Origin: Chitinophaga pinensis
GTDB lineage: Bacteria > Pseudomonadota > Gammaproteobacteria > Burkholderiales > Burkholderiaceae_C
Length of the DNA: 64,000 bases
Assembly: GCA_943326015.2 (NCBI GenBank)
Contig: CALPRQ020000008.1
Location: forward strand, 4,369 to 68,368
Direction: 5' to 3'
Within the stretch, counting starts at the first letter, position 1. Each line of letters opens with the position of its first letter. Both the position numbers and the translations under genes were made by a program. Positions 20,459 to 29,201 of the stretch are shown piece by piece. The notes under the pieces are model-generated. The model did no database searches. It was not told where the DNA came from and saw only the letters and a list, made by a program, of their open reading frames with translations.

Positions 20459-21814
20459 ATGAATGCTTTGACCCTGTTCCTGCCTTGCGCCGCCGGCGTC
20501 GAGGGCTATCTGGCCGCCGAGATCGAGCGCATCACGGGCCTGCCACAAACCAAAATGCTGGCCTCGCGCGGCGGCGTCGAGCTGCCCGGCAGCTGGCGCG
20601 ACGCGATGAAGCTCAACCTGCACAGCCGTCTGAGCCAGCGCGTGCTGGTGCGGCTGGCCTACCAGCCCTACCGCAGCGAGCATGACGTCTACGACATCGC
20701 GAGTGAGGTGGCCTGGGAGATCTGGTTCACGCCGCGCCAGACCATCAAGGTCGAGATCACGGCCCAGCACAGCCCGCTGCAGAGCCTGAACTTCGCCGCG
20801 CTGCGGGTCAAGGACGCGATCTGTGACCGCCTGCGCGACAAGCGCGGCGAGCGGCCGAGCGTCGACACCCTGCGCCCCGATGTGCGCATCTTCACCCACC
20901 TGACCCATGACGCCTGCACGGTCTACATCGACACCTCGGGCGAGCCGCTGTTCAAGCGCGGCTGGCGCGAGGACAAGGGCGATGCGCCGCTCAAGGAGAC
21001 GCTGGCCGCCGCCATGATCGCCGCCACCGGCTGGACTGGCGAACCGGGCCCGGACGGCCAGCCGGTGCCGCTCTACGACCCCTGCTGCGGCAGCGGCACC
21101 GTGCTGATCGAGGCCGCGCTGATGGCGCTGAACATCGCGCCCGGCGGCCAGCGCCGCTTCAGCTTCGAGAAGCTGCTGCCCTTCCAGCCTCATGTCTGGC
21201 AGGCGCTGAAGCAGGAGGCCAAGGACGCCGAGCGCCCGCTGCCGGCCCAGCCCTTCATCTTCGGCAGCGACATCGCCTTCCGCATGGTCGATTTCGCGCG
21301 CCGCAACGCCGAGCGTGCCGGCGTCATGCAGGCGCTCGAGCTGCGCGGCGGCGACGCGCTGCAGCGCATGCCGCCGACCCAGACCCCGGGTGTGCTGCTG
21401 CTGAACCCGCCCTATGGCGAGCGCATCGCGGCTGCCGGCGTCGCCGGCCAGCGCGCCGAGAGCCGCGCGGCCGGCCGTGGCGGCGCCCGTGTCTTCAGCG
21501 CCGGTGCCCCGGTCGAGACCATGCTGCGCGGGCGCGAGACCGCGCAGACTGCCGACGGACTCGAGAACAACGACTTCTTCGCCCAGCTCGCCTCGCACTG
21601 GAAGAAGCATTACGCTGGCTGGAGCGCCTGGTTGCTGACGCCCGACCTCAAGTTGCCGGGCAAGATGCGCTTCAAGGAATCGCGCCGGGTGCCGATGTGG
21701 AACGGTCCGATCGAATGCCGCCTGTTCCGCTTCGACCTGCTGGCCGGCTCGGCGCGCGGCAACCCGGCGGCTGGCAACGGCGCTGGCACTGACCACGCAG
21801 CAGGCCGGGCATGA
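20459..21814 (+). CDS. THUMP-domain 23S rRNA m2G2445 methyltransferase (RlmL-like)
   Basis: APLKETLAAAM, DPCCGSGT, NPPY; THUMP N-terminus; no RlmK half. Confidence 0.85.
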   Translation: MNALTLFLPCAAGVEGYLAAEIERITGLPQTKMLASRGGVELPGSWRDAMKLNLHSRLSQRVLVRLAYQPYRSEHDVYDIASEVAWEIWFTPRQTIKVEITAQHSPLQSLNFAALRVKDAICDRLRDKRGERPSVDTLRPDVRIFTHLTHDACTVYIDTSGEPLFKRGWREDKGDAPLKETLAAAMIAATGWTGEPGPDGQPVPLYDPCCGSGTVLIEAALMALNIAPGGQRRFSFEKLLPFQPHVWQALKQEAKDAERPLPAQPFIFGSDIAFRMVDFARRNAERAGVMQALELRGGDALQRMPPTQTPGVLLLNPPYGERIAAAGVAGQRAESRAAGRGGARVFSAGAPVETMLRGRETAQTADGLENNDFFAQLASHWKKHYAGWSAWLLTPDLKLPGKMRFKESRRVPMWNGPIECRLFRFDLLAGSARGNPAAGNGAGTDHAAGRA

Positions 21815-22227
21815 GCGCGCTGCCGCGCCTGGTCATCGACACCAACTGGCTGCTCGACCTCTGGGTCTTCGACGATCCGCGCGCGCAGCCGCTGCGCGCC
21901 GCGCTGGAAGCCGGCGAGCTGCGCTGGCTCGCGACGCCGCCGATGCGGATCGAGTTCGAGCGTGTGCTCGGCTACCCCGCAGTCGCGAAAAGGCTGCAGG
22001 CCGACGGCCGCGAGCCGGCCGCGCTGCAGGCCGAGTTCGAACGGCGGGTCGAGTGGGCCGAGCCCGCGCCGCGCGCGCCGGTGCGCTGTGCCGATCCGGA
22101 CGACCAGGGCTTCATCGACCTGGCGCTGCAGCAGGGCGCGACCCTGTTGAGCAAGGACAAGGCCGTGCTGGCCTGCCGCAAGCGCCTGCAGGCGCTCGGC
22201 GTGGCGGTCCAGCCGCATTGGCCCTGA
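21811..22227 (+). CDS. PIN-domain protein (VapC-like putative RNase)
   Basis: LVIDTN, EFERV, DPDDQGF, LSKD acidic residues; ATGA-coupled to the methyltransferase. Confidence 0.82.
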   Translation: MSALPRLVIDTNWLLDLWVFDDPRAQPLRAALEAGELRWLATPPMRIEFERVLGYPAVAKRLQADGREPAALQAEFERRVEWAEPAPRAPVRCADPDDQGFIDLALQQGATLLSKDKAVLACRKRLQALGVAVQPHWP

Positions 22228-22281
22228 AGTCGGCTTCAAACTGGCAGAAATACTCCTGAAATAATTTTTGTGTCAGATATG

Positions 22282-22309
22282 TTGACAATGGCGCCAGCTT
22301 GCCTATAAT
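22282..22309 (+). promoter_or_regulatory. Consensus sigma70 promoter with AT-rich upstream element
   Basis: TTGACA (22282-22287)-N16-TATAAT (22304-22309); both hexamers perfect. Confidence 0.85.
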
Positions 22310-22315
22310 TTATCT

Positions 22316-22422
22316 CAGGTTGTTTTGCGACAGCCTCCCGCTTTTCCTCCCTGAGCGGGCGCCTTAGTGTGTGACAGCAAAAAGGCTTCCCAGCCCCGGT
22401 CCTTTAGACCGGGGTTTTTTTT
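22316..22422 (+). ncRNA. Putative trans-acting sRNA (~105 nt)
   Basis: Lies between a perfect promoter and an intrinsic terminator; three hairpins; no plausible coding ORF; next gene is convergent. Confidence 0.7.
22394..22422 (+). terminator. Intrinsic terminator of the putative sRNA
   Basis: CCCCGGTC-cttta-GACCGGGG followed by T8. Confidence 0.9.
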
Positions 22423-22476
22423 CGTGTCGTTTTTCTAGCAGCGGCTGGCAAGAGAGAGCTTTGCGCCGCCGACCCC

Positions 22477-23217
22477 TCAATCGCGCCCACCGACCTGCAA
22501 CTGGTAGAGAAAGCGCTGCAGCAGCAACTGGTCACGCGGGTCCATGTCGACGAAGCGCGCGCCAAGCAGTTGCTGGCCGCTTGTTCTGCCGGCGTCCAGC
22601 CGGTTCTGCCACTGGAGGCCGAAGCGGATCGGTCCGAAGCCGGGCAGATCGAGCGAGCAATCCGGCAGCACGGTCCCCAGTTCCACCGGCAGGCTGGCCT
22701 GCGCGGGCAGGGCCAGGCACACGCCCCCGACGGAAATGTCGACCAGCCGCAGCGTCAGTCGGCTGAACTCGGCCTCGTCCCCGTCCGCCACGGCGCGGGG
22801 CAGCAGCAATTCGCAGAGCAGGGTGGCAGGACTCGGCACCCGAAAGAACTCGCGCCGCTGGACTCGGTGCACGCAGGGCGGCAGCCTGGCCGTATAAGCC
22901 AGCGCCTCGCCAGAAGCGTCAGGCTGCAGATGTTCGAGCAGAAAGCAGATCCGCGCGCTGGGGAGATTGGCCAGCACCATGACGGGATCGCCGGCTCGCA
23001 GCAGTCGCCTCGGAAGCGGCCCCGCAGCAAAGCGCAACACCAAGTCGCCGGATTCCCGGACCTCGGCGACGGTGGCCGCCACCGGCTCTGCCGGATCGCC
23101 CCAGCACTGCACGCTGGCCCGCCACCTGGCCAGATCCCGCATGATCTGGCGGACCTGCAAGGGAGAGTCGATCCAGAACGGATCTTCTGGCGGCGGCAGC
23201 AAACTGGAATGGGTCAT
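22477..23217 (-). CDS. Flagellar brake YcgR-like PilZ-domain c-di-GMP receptor
   Basis: QRREFFR (RxxxR) and DISVGG (DxSxxG); YcgR-like N-terminus; GGAAGG RBS before ATG 23217. Confidence 0.87.
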   Translation of the reverse strand: MTHSSLLPPPEDPFWIDSPLQVRQIMRDLARWRASVQCWGDPAEPVAATVAEVRESGDLVLRFAAGPLPRRLLRAGDPVMVLANLPSARICFLLEHLQPDASGEALAYTARLPPCVHRVQRREFFRVPSPATLLCELLLPRAVADGDEAEFSRLTLRLVDISVGGVCLALPAQASLPVELGTVLPDCSLDLPGFGPIRFGLQWQNRLDAGRTSGQQLLGARFVDMDPRDQLLLQRFLYQLQVGGRD

Positions 23218-23249
23218 GGTACCTTCCAATCGAGCAACTTTTCTAGCGG

Positions 23250-23257
23250 GTATCGGT
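23250..23257 (-). promoter_or_regulatory. Possible sigma28 (FliA) -10 element for the ycgR-like gene
   Basis: ACCGATAC versus consensus GCCGATAA; -35 poor; ycgR is FliA-dependent in E. coli. Confidence 0.3.
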
Positions 23258-23318
23258 CGACTTCACGATCTCATTCGTGCGCGACAGAGGCAGGGTCGCC
23301 GGCCCCGCCCGTTCACGC

Positions 23319-24509
23319 TCAGGCGCGCTTGGCCAGCACCTCGAAGGCCGGCAGGGTCTTGCCTTCCAGCACTTCGAGGAATGCGCCGCCGCCGGTCGAG
23401 ATGTAGCCGACATCGTCGGTGATATGGTACTTGGCGATCGCCGCCAGCGTGTCGCCACCACCGGCGATCGAGAACGCCTCCGAGTGCGCGATCGCCGACG
23501 CCATCATCTTGGTGCCGCCCGCGAACTGCGGGTACTCGAACACGCCGACCGGGCCGTTCCAGACGATGGTGCCGGCGTGCGCGATGATCTCGGTCAGCTT
23601 GGCCGAGGTCTTGGGGCCGACGTCCAGGATGCGGTCATGCGGGCCGACATCCTCGACCGGGATGCGGTTGGCGCGCGCCAGCGCCGAGACCTCGTCGGCC
23701 ACCACCACATCGACCGGCAGCGGCACTTCGGCGCCGCGCTCCTTCATGATGTCCATCACCTGTTGCGCCTCGCGCACCATCTCGGGCTCGGCCAGCGAGT
23801 CGCCGATGCGCTTGCCGGCCGCCAGCAGGAAGGTGTTGGCGATGCCGCCGCCGACGATCAGCTGGTCGACCTTGGACGCCAGGGTCTTGAGGATGCTCAG
23901 CTTGGTCGAGACCTTGGAGCCGCCGACGATCGCCACCAGCGGGCGCCTGGGTTCGAGCAGGGCCTGGGTCAGCGCGTCCATCTCGGCCGCCAGCAGCGGG
24001 CCGGCGCAGGCGACCGGAGCGGTCTCGGCGATGCCGTAGGTCGTGCCCTCGGCACGGTGCGCGGTGCCGAAGGCGTCGTGCACGAAGATGTCGCACAGCT
24101 TGCCCAGCTTGGCCGCCAGCTCGGGCTTGTTCTTCTTTTCGCCGACGTTGAGGCGGCAGTTCTCCAGCAGCACCAGCTGGCCCGGCGCGACGTCGAAGCC
24201 GCCGTCGACCCAGTTCGAGATCAGCGGCACCTCGCGTCCGAGCAGCTCGCCCAGGCGCTTGGCCACCGGAGCCAGGCTGTCCTCGGGCTTGAACTCGCCC
24301 TCGGTCGGGCGGCCCAGGTGCGAGGTCACCATCACGGCGGCACCGGCGTCGAGCGCCATCCGGATCGCCGGCAGCGAGGCGCGGATACGGGTGTCCTCGG
24401 TGATGTTGCCGTCATCGTCCTGAGGCACGTTGAGGTCGGCGCGAATGAAGACTCGCTTGCCGGCGGCCTGGCCGCTGGCGCAAATGTCGGAGAAACGCAG
24501 GAATTTCAT
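23319..24509 (-). CDS. pgk: Phosphoglycerate kinase
   Basis: [39 protein letters not shown]. Confidence 0.97.
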   Translation of the reverse strand: MKFLRFSDICASGQAAGKRVFIRADLNVPQDDDGNITEDTRIRASLPAIRMALDAGAAVMVTSHLGRPTEGEFKPEDSLAPVAKRLGELLGREVPLISNWVDGGFDVAPGQLVLLENCRLNVGEKKNKPELAAKLGKLCDIFVHDAFGTAHRAEGTTYGIAETAPVACAGPLLAAEMDALTQALLEPRRPLVAIVGGSKVSTKLSILKTLASKVDQLIVGGGIANTFLLAAGKRIGDSLAEPEMVREAQQVMDIMKERGAEVPLPVDVVVADEVSALARANRIPVEDVGPHDRILDVGPKTSAKLTEIIAHAGTIVWNGPVGVFEYPQFAGGTKMMASAIAHSEAFSIAGGGDTLAAIAKYHITDDVGYISTGGGAFLEVLEGKTLPAFEVLAKRA

Positions 24510-24733
24510 GGTCTTGGTGCAACAGCGTGGTAACCGTCTTATTGTAGGAGTCCATGCCTGTCGCCGAGCTTGCTCCAGCGCCCCATGCAGGTCTTCTCCT
24601 GTTTTTTCCGCGACCGGACCTGGGTCCAGCGTGGCGCGGGCTGACTGAAAAAATGGTCAGCACCCAGTGCCGGGCATGGCGAGCGAGCACGCTGCTACCA
24701 TGGGCGAAAAAACATCGACAGGGAGCAGGGTTA

Positions 24734-26482
24734 GTGACCGTATTTGAATCCTGGAAGACGCATCCAGTCACCGAGGAAAACCTCCGGACCATTCTCGACC
24801 ACATTCCGACACCGATTGTCTGCAGCGCGCTGGGCAAAGTGGTGCGCACGCTGTACATCAACCGGCAATTCGAGCGGACTTTCGGTTACCAGCTGGCCGA
24901 CATTCCCGGCGCGGGTGACTGGGCCCGTCGGGCCTACCCCGACGATGCCTACCGCTACAGCCTCATCGGCCCCTGGCAAGCCGCCTTGCATCGGGCCATG
25001 GCCGACGGCAGCCCGATCCCGCCGATGGAAGCCCGCCCGCGCTGCAAGGACGGCACCGTGCGCGATGTCATCATCCACACGGCAGTCTTGGGACGGATGT
25101 TGCTGCTGTCGTTCACCGACATCACCGAACACAAGCGCACGGAATCCCGTTACCGGCTGCTGACCGAGAGCATGCTGGACGTGGTGTGGGTGCTCAACGC
25201 TGAAACGCGGCGGTTTGTCTACGTGAGCCCGTCGGTGCAGGCGCTGCGGGGGTACACGCCCGAGGAGGTCATGGCCCAGCCGATCGATGCCGCCTTGATG
25301 CCGGAAAGCCGCCAGCCTGTGCGCGCACTGATGGCCGAGCGTCTGGCGGCGTTCCAGGCCGGCGAACTCACGCCCCAGGAACATTTCACCACGGTGCTGG
25401 CGCAACCCTGCAAGGATGGCAGTTCGGTCTGGACCGAGGTGGTGACCCATTACCACCGCAACGAAATCACGGGCCAGATCGAGGTCTACGGGGTGACGCG
25501 CAACATCACCCGGCGTTGGGAAGCCGAGGAAAAATTGCGCCTGAGCGAGCAACGCCACCGTTTGCTGGCGGAAAACGCGCGCGATGTGATCTGGACCATG
25601 TCGCCCGACGGACGCGCCACCTATGTCAGCCCGGCGGTGGAAGCCGTGCGCGGCTACACGCCCGAAGAAGCCATGCGGCAACGCCTCGGGGAAATTCTCA
25701 CCCCCGTTTCGCAGGCGGTGTCGCGGGCCTATTTCAGTCAGCTGCGCGCAGATGTGCAGGCCGGGCGCCCGCCGCAGAACTTCCGGGGTGAGCTGGAATA
25801 CCGCTGCAAGGACGGCTCCACCTACTGGACCGAGGTGTTCGTCTACCCCGTGCTCAATGCCGAGGGGGGGCTGGCAGAAATCATCGGCGTCAGCCGCGAC
25901 ATCGCCGAACACAAGCGCTATGCCCTGGCGCTGCAGCAGGCCAAGGAAGCCACCGAGTCCGCCAACCGCGCCTTGCAGGAAGCCAATGCCGAGCTGCACC
26001 GGATCGCGACCATCGATCCCCTGACAGGGGCCTGGAACCGGCGCCATTTCCAGCACCTGCTGGAGGTGGAAATGACCAGCTCGGCCCGCCATGAGACGCC
26101 GCTGTCGATGCTGATGTTCGATGTCGACCATTTCAAGACGGTGAACGACCGGCATGGCCATCTGGTGGGTGATCAGGTCCTGGTCAGGATGGTGCTTGTC
26201 ACGCAGCAACATCTGCGAACCGAGGATGCCCTGGCCCGTTGGGGTGGCGAGGAGTTCGTGGTGCTGTTGCCCCATTGCACGGCGGCCGAGGCCGTCCAGC
26301 TGGCCGAGCGCTTGCGGACGCTGCTGGAGGCTTGCCCGATGCCGGCTGTGGGCCGGGTGACCGCCAGCTACGGGGTGGCGCAATGGCGGTCCGGGGAAAC
26401 GTCGCACGACTGGTTCAAGCGCATGGACGAAGCGCTCTACCAGGTCAAGGCGGCGGGACGCAATCGCGTCCAGCTGGCTTGA
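24734..26482 (+). CDS. Cytoplasmic PAS-PAS-PAS-GGDEF diguanylate cyclase
   Basis: Three PAS/PAC repeats; RWGGEEF active site with RTED I-site; GTG start chosen from a GGAG RBS. Confidence 0.88.
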   Translation: MTVFESWKTHPVTEENLRTILDHIPTPIVCSALGKVVRTLYINRQFERTFGYQLADIPGAGDWARRAYPDDAYRYSLIGPWQAALHRAMADGSPIPPMEARPRCKDGTVRDVIIHTAVLGRMLLLSFTDITEHKRTESRYRLLTESMLDVVWVLNAETRRFVYVSPSVQALRGYTPEEVMAQPIDAALMPESRQPVRALMAERLAAFQAGELTPQEHFTTVLAQPCKDGSSVWTEVVTHYHRNEITGQIEVYGVTRNITRRWEAEEKLRLSEQRHRLLAENARDVIWTMSPDGRATYVSPAVEAVRGYTPEEAMRQRLGEILTPVSQAVSRAYFSQLRADVQAGRPPQNFRGELEYRCKDGSTYWTEVFVYPVLNAEGGLAEIIGVSRDIAEHKRYALALQQAKEATESANRALQEANAELHRIATIDPLTGAWNRRHFQHLLEVEMTSSARHETPLSMLMFDVDHFKTVNDRHGHLVGDQVLVRMVLVTQQHLRTEDALARWGGEEFVVLLPHCTAAEAVQLAERLRTLLEACPMPAVGRVTASYGVAQWRSGETSHDWFKRMDEALYQVKAAGRNRVQLA

Positions 26483-26580
26483 GCAGGCGGCTTGCAGCAG
26501 CGCATGTCACGCCATGCCCCGCGGTCCGCATCCCGGCTCTAGAATGGTCCGGTGTTGGCTCTGACCAGGAGGTGAGGACG

Positions 26581-27174
26581 ATGGATATTCGACGCTGGGG
26601 CATGGCCCTGACCTTGACCGCTGCGCTCAGCGGCTGTGGCTACAACGACTTCCAGCGCCTCGACGAGCAGACCAGCTCGGCCTGGGCCGAGGTGCTCAAC
26701 CAGTACCAGCGCCGCGCCGACCTGGTGCCGAATCTGGTCGCGACGGTCAAGGGCGAGGCGAACTTCGAGCAGGAAACGCTGACGCGCGTGATCGAGGCCC
26801 GCGCCCGTGCGACCGCGATCCAGCTCACGCCGCAGATGCTCGAAGATCCGCAGGCGATGCAGCGCTTCCAGGCCGCGCAGGGCCAGCTCGGCAGCGCGCT
26901 GAGCCGGCTGCTGGCGGTGTCCGAGCAATACCCCACCCTGAAGGCCAACCAGGCCTTCGGCGACCTGCGCGTGCAGCTCGAAGGCACCGAGAACCGCATC
27001 ACCGTCGCGCGCAACCGCTACATCCAGACGGTGCAGGACTACAACGTGCTCGCGCGCAGCTTCCCGACCAATCTGACCGCGATGGTCTTCAGCTACCGGC
27101 CCAAGGCGGGCTTCACCGTGGCCGACGAGGCCGCGATCAGCGCGCCGCCCCGGGTCGATTTCGGCAGCAAGTGA
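26581..27174 (+). CDS. lemA: LemA-family lipoprotein
   Basis: Lipobox LSGC, YQRRADLVPNLV, EGTENRI; AGGAGG RBS. Confidence 0.92.
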   Translation: MDIRRWGMALTLTAALSGCGYNDFQRLDEQTSSAWAEVLNQYQRRADLVPNLVATVKGEANFEQETLTRVIEARARATAIQLTPQMLEDPQAMQRFQAAQGQLGSALSRLLAVSEQYPTLKANQAFGDLRVQLEGTENRITVARNRYIQTVQDYNVLARSFPTNLTAMVFSYRPKAGFTVADEAAISAPPRVDFGSK

Positions 27175-28070
27175 TGACGCCGGCCCTGCGCTGGATCTGG
27201 GCCTGGCTGCTGTGCGCCCTGCTGGCCTGGCCGCTGGCGGGCTCTGCGCAGTCACTGCAGCCGCTGCAAGCCATTCCGCCGCTGAGCGCGCGCGTGATCG
27301 ACCAGACCGCCACCCTGACCGAGCCGCAGCGCCAGGCGCTGGAGGACAAGCTGGCCGCCTTCGAACGCGAGCGCGGCAGCCAGGTGGTGGTCCTGCTGGT
27401 GCGCACGACTGCACCGGAGGACATCTTCAGCTACACCCAGCGCCTGGGCGACACCTGGAAGATCGGCCGCAAGGAGGTCGGCGACGGCGTGCTGCTGGTG
27501 GTCGCCAAGGATGACCGGACCCTGCGCATCGCCACCGCCAAGGCGGTCGAAGGCGCGATCCCCGACCTGGCCGCCAGCCGCATCATCGAAGCGGTCATCA
27601 CGCCACGCTTCAAGCAGGGCGACTTCTATGTGGGGCTCGATGCCGGGGTGGACCAGATCCTGGCCCGGCTCAAGGGCGAGGCGTTGCCGCTGCCGGCCGC
27701 TGCGGTCGGAGCCGCTGACAGCGACTGGACCGGGCTGCTGGTGTTCCTGTTCGTCGCCCTGCCGCTGATCTCCACCGTGCTGCGGCGTGTCCTCGGGCGG
27801 CCGCTGGGCGGCCTGGCGTCCGGTGTGGTCGTCGCCGGTCTGGTGTGGGATTTCACGGCATCGGTCTGGCTGGCCGGGGGGGCAGCGCTGGCGGCCGCCA
27901 TCCTGAGCCTGCTGCTGCCCAGCCTGCCACTGCGCGGCGGTGGTGGACCACGCGGACCCGGCGGCTGGGGCGGTGGCCCGGGGGGAGGCGGCTCCAGCGG
28001 CGGGGGAGGAGGCTTTTCCTCGGGTGGTGGCGGCAATTTCGGTGGCGGCGGCGCTTCGGGGCGCTGGTGA
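27171..28070 (+). CDS. TPM-domain (YgcG/DUF477) membrane protein with Gly-rich tail
   Basis: VIDQTATL, GSQVVVL, GRKEVGDGVLL; tail FSSGGGGNFGGGGASGRW; follows lemA. Confidence 0.9.
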   Translation: MMTPALRWIWAWLLCALLAWPLAGSAQSLQPLQAIPPLSARVIDQTATLTEPQRQALEDKLAAFERERGSQVVVLLVRTTAPEDIFSYTQRLGDTWKIGRKEVGDGVLLVVAKDDRTLRIATAKAVEGAIPDLAASRIIEAVITPRFKQGDFYVGLDAGVDQILARLKGEALPLPAAAVGAADSDWTGLLVFLFVALPLISTVLRRVLGRPLGGLASGVVVAGLVWDFTASVWLAGGAALAAAILSLLLPSLPLRGGGGPRGPGGWGGGPGGGGSSGGGGGFSSGGGGNFGGGGASGRW

Positions 28071-28107
28071 AGGCGTGCAACACCGCCTGGCAGCAGATTG
28101 ACTCCGA

Positions 28108-28200
28108 TCAGTCGCCGTCGCGCACCACATCCCGCTGCTGCGGCGGGATCAGCCCCACCACGCTGCCGATGACCAACAAGGTCGGTGGCGTGGTGCTCAT
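28108..28200 (-). pseudogene. 30-codon remnant resembling the C-terminus of a CysG/CobA tetrapyrrole methyltransferase
   Basis: MSTTPPTLLVIGSVVGLIPPQQRDVVRDGD*; ATGA-coupled to the cbiH stop; PTLLVIGSVVGL resembles the CysG C-terminal PSLIIIGRVVGL (recalled, not aligned). Confidence 0.5.
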
Positions 28201-29201
28201 GCTTCGCTTTCTTCCAGGGTGTCGGGTGCTGCGGCTTCCAGCGGTTCCATCAGGGTCGCCCGGATGTAGTCCAGCGGCAGGCGGTGGCGTTCGGCCAATA
28301 CCTCGAAGCTGGCGCCTTCGGCATGCTCGGCCTGCAGTGTCTCCAGCCAGCCCAGCAGCCCGGTGGAGAGCGAGCGGCCGCGCTGTTCGCCGTCGCGCGT
28401 CTCGCCACCCTGCTCGATGTCGTACTTGTTGGCGTAGCCGCGCGGCGTCACCATCAAGCCGTGGCGCACGAAGGTGTTGCTGTTGCCGATCAGCACGGTG
28501 CTGAGCATGCCGATGTCGGCCTCGGCCATCTGGTCCAGCGTGGTGAAGACGATGTGCTCGCGGCGGCGGTAGGCGCTCTTGACGATGGCCACCGGCGTGT
28601 CCGGGCGGCGATGGCGCAGGAACAGGCGCTGCGCCTCCACGATCTGGCGCGTGCGCCGGCCGCTCTTGGGGTTGTAGAGCGCGACCACGAAGTCGGCCAT
28701 TGCCACCGCGTCGAGCCGGCGCGCGATGGTCGGCCAGGGGGTGAGCAGGTCGCTCAGCGAGATGGCGCAGAAGTCGTGCGTCAGCGGCGCTCCGACCAGC
28801 GCGGCGCAACTGTTGAGCGCCGAGGTGCCCGGCACGATCTCCACCTGCACCGGATCGTCCGGCGTCCATCCGGCCTGGAACAGCACCTCGTAGGTCGGGC
28901 CGGCCATGCCGTAGACGCCGGCGTCGCCGGAGGAAATCAGTGCCACCTTCTTGCCCTGGCGCGCCGCGTCCAGCGCGCTGATGGCGCGGTCGAGTTCCTC
29001 GGTCATGCTCTTGCGGATGACCTCCTTGCCGTCGAGCAGGTCGGCCACCAGCTTGATGTAGGTGACATAGCCGATCACCGTGTCGGCCTCCTGGATCGCG
29101 CTGCGCGCCCGCGCGGTCATGTGGGCCTCGTGGCCAGGGCCGATGCCGACCAGCATGATCTTGCCGGGTCGGGTGTCGCAGCTCGGGGAGGGAGAAGTCA
29201 T
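28197..29201 (-). CDS. cbiH: Cobalt-precorrin-3B C17-methyltransferase with C-terminal extension
   Basis: MLVGIGPG, ISSGDAGVYGMAG, HDFCAISLSDLLTPW, LYNPKS, TPRGY. Confidence 0.93.
   Translation of the reverse strand: MTSPSPSCDTRPGKIMLVGIGPGHEAHMTARARSAIQEADTVIGYVTYIKLVADLLDGKEVIRKSMTEELDRAISALDAARQGKKVALISSGDAGVYGMAGPTYEVLFQAGWTPDDPVQVEIVPGTSALNSCAALVGAPLTHDFCAISLSDLLTPWPTIARRLDAVAMADFVVALYNPKSGRRTRQIVEAQRLFLRHRRPDTPVAIVKSAYRRREHIVFTTLDQMAEADIGMLSTVLIGNSNTFVRHGLMVTPRGYANKYDIEQGGETRDGEQRGRSLSTGLLGWLETLQAEHAEGASFEVLAERHRLPLDYIRATLMEPLEAAAPDTLEESEA

Noticed and set aside
27930-28060. GGC-rich repeats as a possible array
   Set aside because: They encode the normal Gly-rich tail of TPM proteins; no spacer-repeat periodicity.
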